A stretch of DNA of 63,403 nucleotides, filler included, from Conidiobolus incongruus B7586 (Eukaryota), in NCBI GenBank assembly GCA_000697335.1. It is 8 parts of 8 records of this genome, joined end to end, with 100 filler letters (N's around TTAATTAATTAA, not from the genome) between each part and the next. Parts side by side here need not be neighbours in the genome. Positions count along the whole stretch, not along the records: positions 28,916 to 42,750 come from JNEM01006521.1; positions 42,851 to 53,825 come from JNEM01006522.1; positions 53,926 to 55,086 come from JNEM01006523.1; 5 more parts are not named here. One strand, 5' to 3'. A program made the position numbers and the translations under genes. Shown here piece after piece: positions 41,421 through 55,086 of the stretch; position 1 is the first letter of the stretch; the number at the start of each line of letters is the position of its first letter. The notes beneath the pieces are model-generated. The model worked only from the letters and a program-made list of their open reading frames with translations. It had not been told where the DNA came from and searched no databases.

Positions 41421-41819
41421 TATTAAGAGACTAGTTCTCTAAATTCTTATATATACTTTCATATAATTTAATTAACTATAAATTATATGATTAATTTATA
41501 TTTATATAATTAAATTAATTGTATAAATAGTATTAAATTATCTAATAAACTAGGTTCTTCTTTTTTCCTCTCAATTCTTACTATTTTTACTTTTACATTA
41601 TTTCTAAAATTGAGACTATATTCTGTCAATATTGTAGGATATTAGCACTACCTAATATAAATCTTAATATATCAGTGACTCATCCTAGTTTGAAGCTTAA
41701 TTAAACTTTCTTTACACTTGTACACTACAGCCACATTATATTACCACATTCTACACCACACTACTTTTATATTAAGTTTTCCTCTGTATTATATTAGTTT
41801 AACTACCACTATGCTTATA
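41421..41819 (+). repeat. 3' LTR (TA...TA, both termini apparently mutated)
   Basis: Ungapped alignment to 36104-36502; preceded by the PPT and followed by the TSD. Confidence 0.95.
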
Positions 41820-44800
41820 GATATTATATTTAAAATAATGCCTGAAATATTTTTAATATACCCTTTTAAAAAATTGATTGTTTTTAATTTTTTTGAATAT
41901 GATTCAATATACATATATATATTTCAAGGATTTTTATATTAATATTGATTATTCTTATTTTTTGAACAAATTAGAAATTCTAAAGTGATCACATAATTTT
42001 ACTATTATTATAGTAATTTGATATATTATTGTATATTAAACAATCTCTTAAATATGCCTTTAATACAATCAAATATCAGTATTTTTTTTAATCAAATTAC
42101 TTAATTATATATACTTCATTAATGAGATAGTTGGCTTAAGTGAAATTAGATTAGTTATTTGAAATTATATTTTAAACTGAATTTTATTTTTAAATATTAA
42201 TTTATTTTAAAATTAATCATTATAAAAACTAAAGTTTTTTAGATATGTAAAGAATTCAAAGATTGATTGATTTCAAGCTTTTTATAAATTATAATAATAT
42301 AATAATAAAATGATATTTTAATATATATTATTAAATATTAATTTCAAAGGATATAATATTATTATAGTTTTCAATAATAATATTAAAGTGATAATAAGAA
42401 AACAAGAGATTTATTCCATATTTGTTTATAATTTCAGTTTTTATTAAAATAAATTAAAAGTTTAATAAGTATTATATAAAATTGCTGATAATAAAAAAAT
42501 ATATCCTAATAAGAATTCATTCACAGACCATTTGTCTCATATAGATATTACGAAGGAGAATTGAGATAAATTCACTAGTATTCAAGGGCCAAAATTAACT
42601 ATATAACAAATTATAAGATTTAATTGATGTGTTATTATATATTTAATAATTTAATATTAAATTCTTTATAAATTTTTAATCATCAACAGAGTAACTAAAA
42701 ATTATAAAATTTTTCATATTTTTTCAATTAAGAAAAAATTTTTAAGTAATNNNNNNNNNNNNNNNNNNNNNNNNNNNNNNNNNNNNNNNNNNNNTTAATT
42801 AATTAANNNNNNNNNNNNNNNNNNNNNNNNNNNNNNNNNNNNNNNNNNNNTTAATTAAATTGAAATTTATATTAAATTAATATATTTTAAAAAAATTTTA
42901 ATTTAATAAAATTTGGTTAATTCTAATTATTTTATTAATAATATTAATATATTTATCTTCTAATATAGCTTGTAAAAAATATTATTAACAATATATTTAA
43001 AGATTAAAATATATTTAATATAATTTTAGGTAATTACAATGTATTTTTTTATTATAGTATATATAAATAGAAAATTTCTATTTTATTTTGGCTATTATAA
43101 TTAATGATTATTTTAACTTGAAAATAAAGTAACTATAATTTTCACTGATTGAAATTGGATAAATAAATTCAAATTTTTTAAACTTTTCAAAAATTTTGTA
43201 AATATATTATAAAAATTTAATTATTTAAATATATGAATATTGTGAATAGTTTTAAAACTATAGATTAAATTTTAATACTTAAAGTTGTGTAAAATATAAA
43301 CCTAGTTATTAATTGAAAAATATATGTATAAATCAGTAATTAATTTCAACTTTGAGGATTTATATAATATTATTAAATCATATTGCATCAATTAATACTT
43401 TGCATATCAAATAAATAATTACATAATTATTGACATCATAATTAAGTGAAGTAGCTTATTAGTTGAAATATTTGATTTCTAATTAAATATAATAAAGTCT
43501 CGGATATAATATAAATATTAATAGTAATAATTAAATTAAGTTTTGATATTAATAAAAAGGATAAAAACCAATATCAATTTTGAATATTTCATAGGCCATC
43601 ATATATAGATTATTATATATAAAAAATTTTCAAAAAATTATATATATAGTAATTTAATAAAATAATATTATATATTAGGTGTCTATTAATATTATAGTAA
43701 CAATGATTTAATAAAATAAAAAAGTATAACTCCTATTTTATAGAATTTGTTTTTTTAAGTTTAATTTAATTACAATGATAAATTATAATATTGTAATTAT
43801 TAATTACTATGAAATTTTTTCCATTAAATATTTTGAATAATATAATTATTCTATTCTATAAATAAAAAATTAAAAAAATATGAAGTATATGAGGTTGAGG
43901 ATATATATATATAATTATAAAGCCTGTTAGTATAATATTATCATATATTGATTTTGTTATTAGAATATATATCAATTCATTTCATTGTTGAGATATTAGT
44001 ATTAGATATTTTGACGGATATGAATAAATTTTTATAGTAGTTTTAAAAAGGAGTATTATTAATGGTAACAACTTATTATACATTGTATATATTCAAAATT
44101 TCTACAATAAAAGCTGAAAATTGCATACCATAATAATATTTACATAATTAATTTATTTAGAATTCATAATACCCATTATTTTATTCTATCAGATCAAAAT
44201 AAATAAATCTGATTATGATTGTGATAATATTTGAGGATAAAGTTTAATCAAATGATAAAGATGTCTAAAATTGTAAAGGAAATATATGTTACTAAAATTT
44301 GAGTGAAAAAAAATAATTTTCACAAATTCCATATTTTCTAAAATGAACAATTAAAAATTAATATTCATTTTGATCCATTATATTTTCGAATGAGAAAACT
44401 AGTAATTGATTTATAATTAGATATATTTCCCCTAATATTTATAAATAAAATTTTAAAACATTGAAAATGGAGGTTCAAGTGATATATTCAACATAAATAT
44501 AACCATGAAAATTTATTATATTTCCGTATTTTTGTTGAAATAATAGTTGAATTATATATGATAATATTTAAAGTTATATGAGATTAGAACTGACTTTTAT
44601 AAACAATGAAAATTAAAATTACTCATTATTCAATATAATCAATATTATATGAAAAAAGTACTTTATTGCATCCAATTTGATTTATAAATTCAAGTAGTAT
44701 ATGATTCTCAAGTTGTGAAAAGTCAAAATGTCATTAATTTATTCAATCATTCTGATATTTAATTAAAATTTTTAAATATGATATAAAAAAATTAATATAA

Positions 44801-46459
44801 ATGAAAAATACAATTAAGGAAAGAGTATAAAATTTTATAATTAATAATTAATTAAACTGTTTACAATTTATCCTTGGTATAAGTTTGATGATATTATCTA
44901 TAATTCAATAATATTAAATTCAGACTTATTTTGCTAAATAATAGCTTTAAAACATAACATGACTTCGTATTCAAGAATCACTTGAAATACTTATATAATT
45001 TTTTTATTAATGCAAATTTAATAGAAAAAAATTGAGGAAATAAAAGTAATATAAAATCAAATTATTCCAATTAAATGATGCAAGAGAGATTATAAATTGA
45101 TTCTAGAAATTGATTAATTATTTTTTCGATCGTTGTAAGAGAAAATCGATTTTTTTTACATATCTGACATATATATTTTACGTTATTTATAAATACTGTT
45201 GAAATTTTCAAATTTAAAAAATTAAAATTATCCTAAATTGTAACCCCTGATCAAAAAAAATTAAAATGAATATTATTGGATAATAACTAACCCCTCAATA
45301 CAATTTGGTTATAATATAATTGAAAAAAATCTAATTCTTATTAATTAGTTTTATAAGCAACTCAAAGAAGCGTGTTAAAATAAGTAAAATTATCTCACAT
45401 ATTACAATCTAAACCCAAATAAAACAGTATCAAATTAGTTTACTAAATATTGACTTCATTGAGAGTAGGGGGAGGAAAATAAATATGGAGATTAAAATTA
45501 CTAATATTTTAACTCAAGTATAAAAAGAAGTGGATTTTCCATATTCACTCTAGGATTAATTCTTTATCCTATATTTCGTTTATAACTTTATTTATTCAAT
45601 TTCCTCTAAAAGTCTTTTATTATGAAGTTTACTATTTTTTATCAATTTTTAACTAATAAATTTTAATTTAAATAAAATTGAATTAATTAAATGGCTTGTA
45701 TTTTTAAATCGAATTCATTGATCTATTATATTTGATCACAATTGATAACCATTACTTTGATTATTCACTATTTAATCAAAATTAATCTAGTTAAATGAAG
45801 GATAAAATTCGTATCCATCTAGCATTTGGTCGTTATTAAACCAATCATATTTGCTTAATATCATATTAATTTCCTCCAACTATCCTTTTAAGAATCAATT
45901 TTATTCATAATCAACTTAAAATATTCAAGGATAAAATATTATAAGAGAATTTTTGAGGGTTATAATTGAATACTCTTCAGATATAGAACAAAATTTCAAT
46001 TTAATGATATATCATTTAGTTGCTCAATTAAATTTAGTTAAACTATGTTTTTAGAAAAATTGATAGTTTAATGAAAATTTGAAAATGTAGAGACAAGGGA
46101 GAAAAGTTTTCATAAAAAGTTTATTACATAAAAGAGAATAAATCAATTAATACAAAAAAATACAAAGGAATTCAAAAGGTTAAATGTATATTTGGCAATA
46201 AACAATTGAGAGTGAAGCGTTAAAATTAGAAAGTTAATTCGAATTGAAATATATATACATAGCAATCTACGAAGGAAATTGGGGTTCAAGTTGAGGTGGC
46301 TTGAGCGCTTCTCGTCACTGTGAAGAGGAACTAATATTGCTAAATGACGAAAATAAGAATTGAACTGATTAGAGAGTGAAAAGTAAAAAATATATGACAA
46401 ATTGTAAAATAACATAAATAAAGTCCATGAATAAATGTAAAATGAAAAAGCCCAAGATA

Positions 46460-47690
46460 TTAGGCGTTACTGCCAATATTTTGTTCAATCTGAGCCTTCT
46501 GCAAAAATTCTCTGCCGCCCTCAGTCATTTCGATATACTGAATGAATTTGTTAAGCTGGCTTTTCAAGGTTTCACGCTCTTGCTCCAGGTTGGAGATATG
46601 CTGGGTTGCCTTTCGAAGAATATTGGCCTTATTGAGCTTTATTGGGGGAGCACCTTTGGGTGGAGCAGTTTTCGGATTCAATTCAGGTACAGCCAATCGG
46701 AGTTGAGTGAGCGCTTGATTGATTGTAGTCCTGTATTTCTTTTCAATAATACTGTGTGCTTTCTTTTGTCGAAGAGGAGGGTGGTTAGGAGTAGGAGTTG
46801 TTGAAGTTGGACTGGATGAATGAGTAGTATTTGTTTCAGTATTTACAGGCGAATCGGTAGAAATCTTTGTGGCTCTTCTGGAACGGGGATTGGAATGGGA
46901 GGGTTTAGTGTTGCGCAATCGGTTGATAGGAAGCTTTATTTGTCCATCAGCTTCAACTACAGGTGGTGCGAATACAGAAGTTGATGCACAAGATTTAGTA
47001 CCGTTCATAGTAGGAGATGATTGTTCTAATTTGATTATGGAATCAGGGACTGGTTCATTTGACAGAGAAGTTTGATTATCGGCAACAGAATCTACGAAAT
47101 TGAAAGAATTGAATTAGAACTCTGATTATATTAAATAAATGATTGTAAATATTGGCATGAGTGCTGAAAATTGGCAAAATATGGCTATCTTTAAATCATA
47201 AATGAATGTGGAATCAATGATGCGATGCTAGTCAATTCGAAATGCAACAGACACCAAGTGAATAAAAAATGTCTATCAAATTGTTTGATATACAAAATAT
47301 TTCGAATGTGAGCAGAGTCAAAGATAACATCAGCCATTTAGTATAATTGAGCTACCATAGATGTTGAAATAAGAAAAAATGATTACCTAAGCTACTTAAT
47401 GAGGAAGATGGAACGCCTTGGTATTGTTGGCTATGTGAAGGATCCCATACCATTAAGTCATTCCAAACGACAGAATGTTCTTCAGAATGATGTTGATGAA
47501 CAGGAATAGGAATAGGCATGGGAACAGGATATGAATGGGAAAATTGCTGCCAACCAGGAACTTGAACTACACCCCTGTTGGGAATGGATATCATAGACGG
47601 ATGGTGAACATAACTGTATCCTTGGGCGAATTCGCTGCTTGTGGAAGTTATGTTATGGTCGAGTGAGAGAAAGTTATCAGGATGATGCAT
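46460..47690 (-). CDS. SREBP-type bHLH-zip transcription factor, ~311 aa, no transmembrane or regulatory C-terminus; exons 47387-47690, 46460-47091
   Basis: KKAHSIIEKKYRTTINQALTQLRLAVP...KLNKANILRKATQHISNLE has the SREBP-diagnostic Tyr in the basic region; the 295-nt GT-AG intron joins the two ORFs in frame. Confidence 0.88.
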
Positions 47691-48046
47691 TTTATTGATA
47701 ATTGAGTTCGAAAAATGGAAAAGTGGCTGAAAAGTATGGTAATAATTGCTTTGTTTACCAAGACAGGAGTGAGTATATTAACTAGAATTCAATAATATTA
47801 TCAAGTGAAGAAATCAATAAAAAAAATTTAACAAAGTAGAGTAGAATGAAGAAAAGACGCGTTTAAAGAAAGTGAAATACAACGATTAACTAATTGAATG
47901 AAGACCGTAATTGAAGGAGAAACGAGGGGGAAAGTAAAATCAAAAAGAAGAAATAATAATTTTCTAATTGTTACCTGCTATTTAAATAGAATTCTGAAAT
48001 TAATTTTTTTGCTTGTAAAATTCGATAAAAATATTTCAAAAAAGTG

Positions 48047-48495
48047 ATTGGCTCAAGGCGATTAATAATGAGGTAAGAGTATGATTTAATGGGAAAGTTG
48101 ATTGGATTAACCAAACTCTGTCATTCCCCCTTAGAGATTGGTATGTTCAATTTTTATTGGCTTAATCTTGAAATAATATTTTACATTTATGCAAATTTTT
48201 TATTTTTGTAATAGCATTTACCGTTTGAATATTACCAAAATTGGGAATCCCCCCTTGTGGGGATCTTGAGCCAATCAGTCTGCACTATATTGGAAACAAA
48301 TTCAGATTTACATTATCATCTGACTATTCAATTCCCAATTTGGGAGGATTCTCCCTCATCCACTGAATTATGCCATATCTGGAAATAGTCAAACTTAATC
48401 TATCGTAATATTAATATTTAATTGAGGCAAAAGATTCCCAATAAGAGATAGATGCAAAAATTGATCCCAACTCTCACACTCTTAGATTTGATTGG
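48047..48495. promoter_or_regulatory. Cluster of about ten CCAAT/ATTGG pentamers upstream of the bHLH gene
   Basis: Sites at 48047, 48101, 48137, 48156, 48240, 48271, 48289, 48335, 48438, 48491; several fit the extended RRCCAATCA form. Confidence 0.55.
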
Positions 48496-51400
48496 ACATC
48501 TATTAAACTTGTATAATTATTTATAGTTAACTTTAGATTCAAAAAAAGAGAATATACTAGGGAGAGTAAATGAATTTCAGGGTTAAGGGGGAATCATTTT
48601 TACTAAACAGAAATGAAACTGATTCATAAACAGAGGATAAACAATTTTCTACATGAAAGTAGCGAATTATACTATATTTAGCAACACTCTAATTTGAATT
48701 AATCTTTTTTCCAAGCATTATTTCGTAAAATGTAATTTTTGATAATTTGAAATTTAATGTAATTTATAAATTTAAAAGGTTGATTCAGCATAACTTTCAA
48801 AATAATACAATCAAAATGTTAAAAATATTTTGAGAAATAAATATATCACTACATTACTGAACATTAACATTTCCACTACAAAAATCTAGTAAAAACATAT
48901 CCATTATATATCAATATCACAAGATTATCAATTAATACCCGTTTCGAATTAATTGGCAAATTAAAATTATTTATCAAGAGTTGTTACTTTGCTTGATATT
49001 ATTGGATCAAAGAAAATATTATTCCAAGTGTGAACAGGGTAATAATGAATGCTAAATTTATTAATTGAAATATTTGTAATTTGTTTATATGAATTAAATT
49101 TATATTTGATTAATATGTATTATTCAAGCCATCCAATATAATAATTTTTTAAGCCATTTTATATCGTGCAATCTATTAACATTTAAGACTAAAAATATAA
49201 AACGGAATTTTATTTGTAATATTAATTATTTTGAAATTATCAGTAGCATAAGTTCAATATTCTATGACCTCATTATTATATTTTTTATCAAATAAAATCA
49301 ATTAAAATATAGATATTTTTCATGTAAAAAAGTATGAAAAAACTATTGAAATGAGGACAGAACGTTTAATATACTTCTCTTCACATCTCAAAATTTTATT
49401 TTATTAGTGTAATACGGAAGCATTCCATTCAGACTTTTTTATCAAAGCCGAATTTTTTTAGTAATCTTGTAACTAAACTATTATTTTTTCCATTTATAGA
49501 AATTTTTCGAAAATGATATGTTAAATATACTAAATAGATGACCTTTAATCCATTTAGTAAAAAGATCTATTTAAACCTCAGAAGTTTCCATATTGATCAA
49601 AATCAAACTTAATGATATAGAGAAAATAGCCATCAAATAACTTGAATCCATTTAATATAATATTAATTTTGATTGCAGGGTAATATATCTCCAGTGATCA
49701 TACTTATAACAATACCTGACCGCAGTAATTACTAATACTAATTAAATAATATCTTATCTTCACAGATAAGAGATAAATTGTTGGATTAGTTTAATGTAAA
49801 TATATATATTCAACATTATTAATATATTTAGAGATGAAATTGATTGTTTGAAAAATATATGCAACTTATTAAAAATAAAATATATAATATATTTTTCTTA
49901 AGTATGGTCAAAGATTAATAATTTTATCTTTAATATATATATATATATATGCATAGTTCGTTATTTTGAATATTTAAATTGAAAAAACTTTATGTTATTA
50001 CTTTACAATCATTTTCTATATGTCATATTTTGGTTCTTCATGTGAATATAATTATATGCGTTCAATGAAATCATTATCTATATAATATACATAATTAATA
50101 CCTTCAGGTTAATTATTTCATAGTGCTTTTGGGAAAGTATTACAATCAATATTCTAACAAAGTTGAATAATTAATATAACTATATTATTCCAATGTCAAA
50201 GGATATTTTACATTAGGTTCATTCTATATTTTTTTGAGTAACTATTAATATTATAACATATTAGAGTATAAATCTGTTGACTCTAATCATCTTGTTTACT
50301 ATAATCGATATTTCATTATCTTTTCCCTTTCAACGCTCACAATTTGCGATTGAAATATTTAAAATTTTCAAGTTTGATTTTTGATCAAAATCTTTAAATA
50401 TTATATATTTTGATTTATCAGTGCCAAATACATATTTTTAGCAACTATAATAAAATATTTATTTCAAATTTTCTTTCATTAGTATTATTTCATAATTAAA
50501 CTAATAATTTAAAACTCAATTATGATTTTATTTACACTTGATAGTTTAAATCTTTTGGTATATTTTATTTGACTAATAATAAAAATATTTAATGGTATCT
50601 TTTATCATGAGGATGTTTACTAGTTTTAAAGTGTATAAAATAGTCAAAATATATAAATTATACATCTGGTCTGTTCTTTATAATCAAAATTAATTTGAAT
50701 TAATACACAAAAGAATAATGATATCATTTTAAAACACAAAATTTACAACTAGAAGTTCAATTCTCAAAATACTAATAAATTTTATATGACCATCATCTTC
50801 ACTTTGAACTTTTTATATTATTCCGAAATTTTTTATTATGATTTGAAAAATATAATTGAGAATTTTTAGGTTGAAATTTGCTGTAATTTCAGTTCACATT
50901 GATTATTAAGAGTATTAGTTATAACCAATAAGACATTGTGAACTCCATAATTATTAACCCTGGTTTGATGATATTACAAATAATAATAAATGAGAAAATT
51001 ATATATTATTTTATTTCAATTGTATATAATCATCAATCATGGGTAATATTATTTTCCACAAATTGATTTTAATATAATAACAATCATTATTTTCAAAGGT
51101 TCATTTTTGCTTCAAGCTCATTTATTTCTCCATATAATTTTGAAATTATAGCTATTCAAATTATATTTAATAGTTTTTTATCCGTATACAATACGACAAT
51201 TTTACCTTTAACAAGTTTTATTAAAATCAATTTAAGTTATTATATTCCAAAAATTTAATTCTGACCGAACAATTTTTAATTTATATTTTTATAAATTATA
51301 GGCCACATGTACAATTAACTGAATATTGTTACTCTTTATTACGCAGATTTCATATTCCTTTATTATGGTTCAATCATCTTTTATATAATGTGCTTATCTT

Positions 51401-53925
51401 GGATCACATGTCGTAAATTTCCTGGCATCCTACAAAGGGTATTAATTAATTAAAAAGTTATTAATATTCTTTATTTACAAAAGCCATGATTAGAATTAAT
51501 AATATACTATCATGTTTGCTATATCAAACCATTGATTTCTCTAAGTTTTTAATCAAACTCTACTGAATTGTTTATTATTAACATAATGAGTGTTTTATGG
51601 AATTTGAAATTGTTTTATTCAACAATCATTATAGATCCTTTTGATTAAATTTATAATATCGTGAGAAATTATTGCTTTAAACATTCTACTTTTTTAAACA
51701 TTCCTATTGTATTTTAAATACACTGTTTCATTGAGAATACAATTAATAGTTTCACGAAGGACTTATTATATTGTTATCAATTTAAATATTTATTAAATTA
51801 AATTTAAAACTTGATTTAGTTTCAGACAGAGTTAATCTATTATTCAGTTATTTTATATGCTTTTTATTTCCTTTAAATTTACCATTAATCTATAATTAAA
51901 ATTCATGTTTATTAATCATATAAATTTAAATTAAATAATATCAACTAATTATTCTATAATTCACCCAAATCTAATAATTTTTTATTAAGTCAACCAATCA
52001 AATGATATTATTTATAAAGCTGCGGTACTACAGATTTCTAATAGGATATTGTTAATAAAGAAAATAGTAGTTTTTTTGTGATTTATTTGTTAGTTTTGGG
52101 TTAAGGCGTTTGATTAAGATTTGTTAATGGTTTAATAGGCTATACAAAAGACCAAAGTTGATTGAAATATATTCCAATAATGGTTCTTTTATAGGCCATT
52201 TATAAGTGATAGGTAATATAAAAAATTATATTAAGTCCAAAAAATTAAAACATCAAAGTAATATGACAAGTATTCCTGGTTTATATTTCCATAAGGTAAT
52301 AAATGGTGAGATAAAATTGATCAAGTGAATTATTATCTGAATAACGACAAAGCTAATAAGATTTAATGCTTCTATAATTTTTAATTATTACTATACTAGA
52401 TTTTGTGAAAGATATTAATATTTGGCCAAAATATTTAATATATATTCTCTTCAAAAACTAAATTTAACTAAATATTATATTTTTTAAATTTAATAAATCT
52501 GTAAATTTTTGATTATTAAATGCTTAAAATCTTAAAAATTATTGGTTTTGGTCTTTATATTGGATTATTTAAGGCTCTATATATAAACTAGGATTTAGAT
52601 AATATATAATACAATATATATTTTTTAATAAATAAATTAAATATTATAAAATTATCAGTATAATCATATACAGAGATAAATTAAATTTAATAGGCTTTTT
52701 ATATAGGTTATTTAAATAAATATTTTAATTTAAATTTCATTATAAAGATTATTATATATAATGTTTTATTTAAAGTTATGTTAGAAACTTAAATAAGGAT
52801 ACTTTTATTCTTTGAAAATAACTAATATATATATATATATATATACAAATTATTAATTTTATATAATAGCATTTCTATTCAGGAAAAATATTATTTATTA
52901 TTAATTAAATTATAAACAACAAAGGGTAATAGTGATAAAAAATAATCTTATATTCAAGGGAAAATAATAATGCAAAGGAAGACTTTGAAATAATGTTGAA
53001 AATAGGTTTAATCCTGATTGGAAGTAATATAGTCTTAATTCATAATTAAAATGGTCCAAACTAGTAGATAATATCAAATACTGATAGTAAATGATAGGGA
53101 TAGTCTTATAATTAAAATATTAGATAGTGATTAAACAAGTAATCAAGAAGATAGCTAATTATAAGAGAATAATAGAAAGAACAGAGAAAGAACCGTGTTT
53201 ATTAAGTAAAATCAATTTAATTTTATATTAATTCTAATATAAAATAACACGTGTATCCATGTGACATCACATGGTAAAATTAATCTTTAAATTAAACAAT
53301 AAACGTTAATATAATAATATATACCAAGTACTTTGAGATCATGTCTCTTAACCAAAATATTAATTATAAAATATTTGTTGATCTTAAATCAATAATTTTT
53401 AATTTATTTTATTAAATTAATTTATATATTTGATATAAAATTATAATTAAATACTTTATATATTTTTTGATATAATTGTTTAAAAAAGAATAAAATGATA
53501 AATTATATAGATTATAATACTTTAAAGTTATTATTAATTTAAAAAATTAATTATACATAAAATATATTGATATTTTTGGTTTTTGATTGTTTTTTTTTAA
53601 TTATTTTGATTAAAATTCTAAGGTTAAGTTTAATAAATTTTAACCTAAATAATGAATATTAATATTCTTATATTAATAACATTAAAAATTTATTATAAAC
53701 CTTTTAAAATCATTAAATCTCTCTTAATAACTTAGCGATATAATACTTTATTTCAACCTAACATTTATAATTAAATATATTATATCCAGATAACAAAGAA
53801 ATCATTCAAAATTGATATAACTAAANNNNNNNNNNNNNNNNNNNNNNNNNNNNNNNNNNNNNNNNNNNNTTAATTAATTAANNNNNNNNNNNNNNNNNNN
53901 NNNNNNNNNNNNNNNNNNNNNNNNN

Positions 53926-55086
53926 AAAAATAAATTATAAAATTAAAAATACTTATATTTTTATTAATAACTTCATTAATATTTAATAAAATAAACTTAA
54001 ATTAAATAATTAAAATCTATTATATTTATGAATAATATATATCATTAAATATTGATATTTAGTTATTAATTGGTTAAAATATCAACCCTTAAATTTTACT
54101 TAAAGTGAGTTATAAATTTATAGGTTTTTGGTGATAAAAAAAATTAAAACTTAATATATCTATCTTTAATTTTTTTAACTCCTTTAAGTTTGTAGGGTAT
54201 AAATTAAACTAACTTCTTATATTAAAAAAGGTTAATCTTATTTTATATTTCTTAAATATATTTTTAAAACTAATTTAAATCTTTTACTAAAAAAAAGCTT
54301 TAATAATTTTTTTAACTAATCCTAAAGATGTTTAATTAGATTAAAGTTAAAAAATTAAAAAAGCTATTTTATAACTATTATCTTATTATTTTTAAGCTAT
54401 TTGGTAATAGAAGTTATAATATAATAAAAAGCATTATCTTACTAGAAAATAATATTAGATTTATTTAACTTATATTATTTAATAGTTTTTTTAATTTATT
54501 ATTTAGAATATTTTAATATATTTTAATATTAATTCTCTTATTAACTTTCCAAAGATATCTTATACTTAAAAATAATATATATCCCTAAATAATAATTAAC
54601 CCACTATTATATTTTTAGGTAAAATTAACATAATGGTTATAAAGTAGTTTTATATCTTTTCTAAAATATCTAGCTTTTTTATCAAATCTATTAAAATATA
54701 TTTTTGTTTCATTAAACTAAATAACTTTACTCTAATTAGTTTTAATTTAATATTAATAATGATATTTAAACTCCCACTTAATTTTATAATAAGATTTTTT
54801 TAACTAAAGGTGTTTTTTCTTAAGATATAAATGGTATCTATATTAATATAAAACATATATAATAGTATTAATATTAACTAATATTTTTATATAGTTTTAT
54901 AATTCCTATTATATTTCTATAATAATATTATATTTACTTGTATTAATTAACCTATAAATATATTTCTTATTATATTGAGTTATAATTTTAATATATTTAA
55001 ATTTAAATTTAAATGTGTTTTTATTACTATTCTTAATAACTTTAACTATAGTAAACTAACTAACATTAGTAATTATAATAATATTA
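53926..55086 (-). mobile_element. Tc1/mariner transposase relic, copy 2 (same family as 17150-18269)
   Basis: Reverse complement is colinear with copy 1 over about 1.1 kb; FQQDNA reads F**DNA at 54430-54447. Confidence 0.85.

Larger units (their letters stand above)
36104..41819 (+). mobile_element. Full-length Ty3/Gypsy chromovirus LTR retrotransposon, inactivated by transitions
   Basis: 399-bp LTRs; 5-bp TSD GATAT (36099-36103 and 41820-41824); PBS-like TAGTAGCAG at 36503; PPT AGGGGAG 41414-41420; relic order gag knuckle (CYYC), protease, RT (YLNN for YLDD at 38978), RNase H, integrase (GH..CDIC, LDFI), chromodomain (FYVKWMGYPIKEAT*EPLENI). Confidence 0.95.

Noticed and set aside
13236..47690. 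Sterol gene cluster (OSBP, BVMO, ERG3, SREBP-like)
   Set aside because: The four genes lie on four different contigs with unrelated genes between them, and the OSBP is the PS/PI4P type rather than the sterol type
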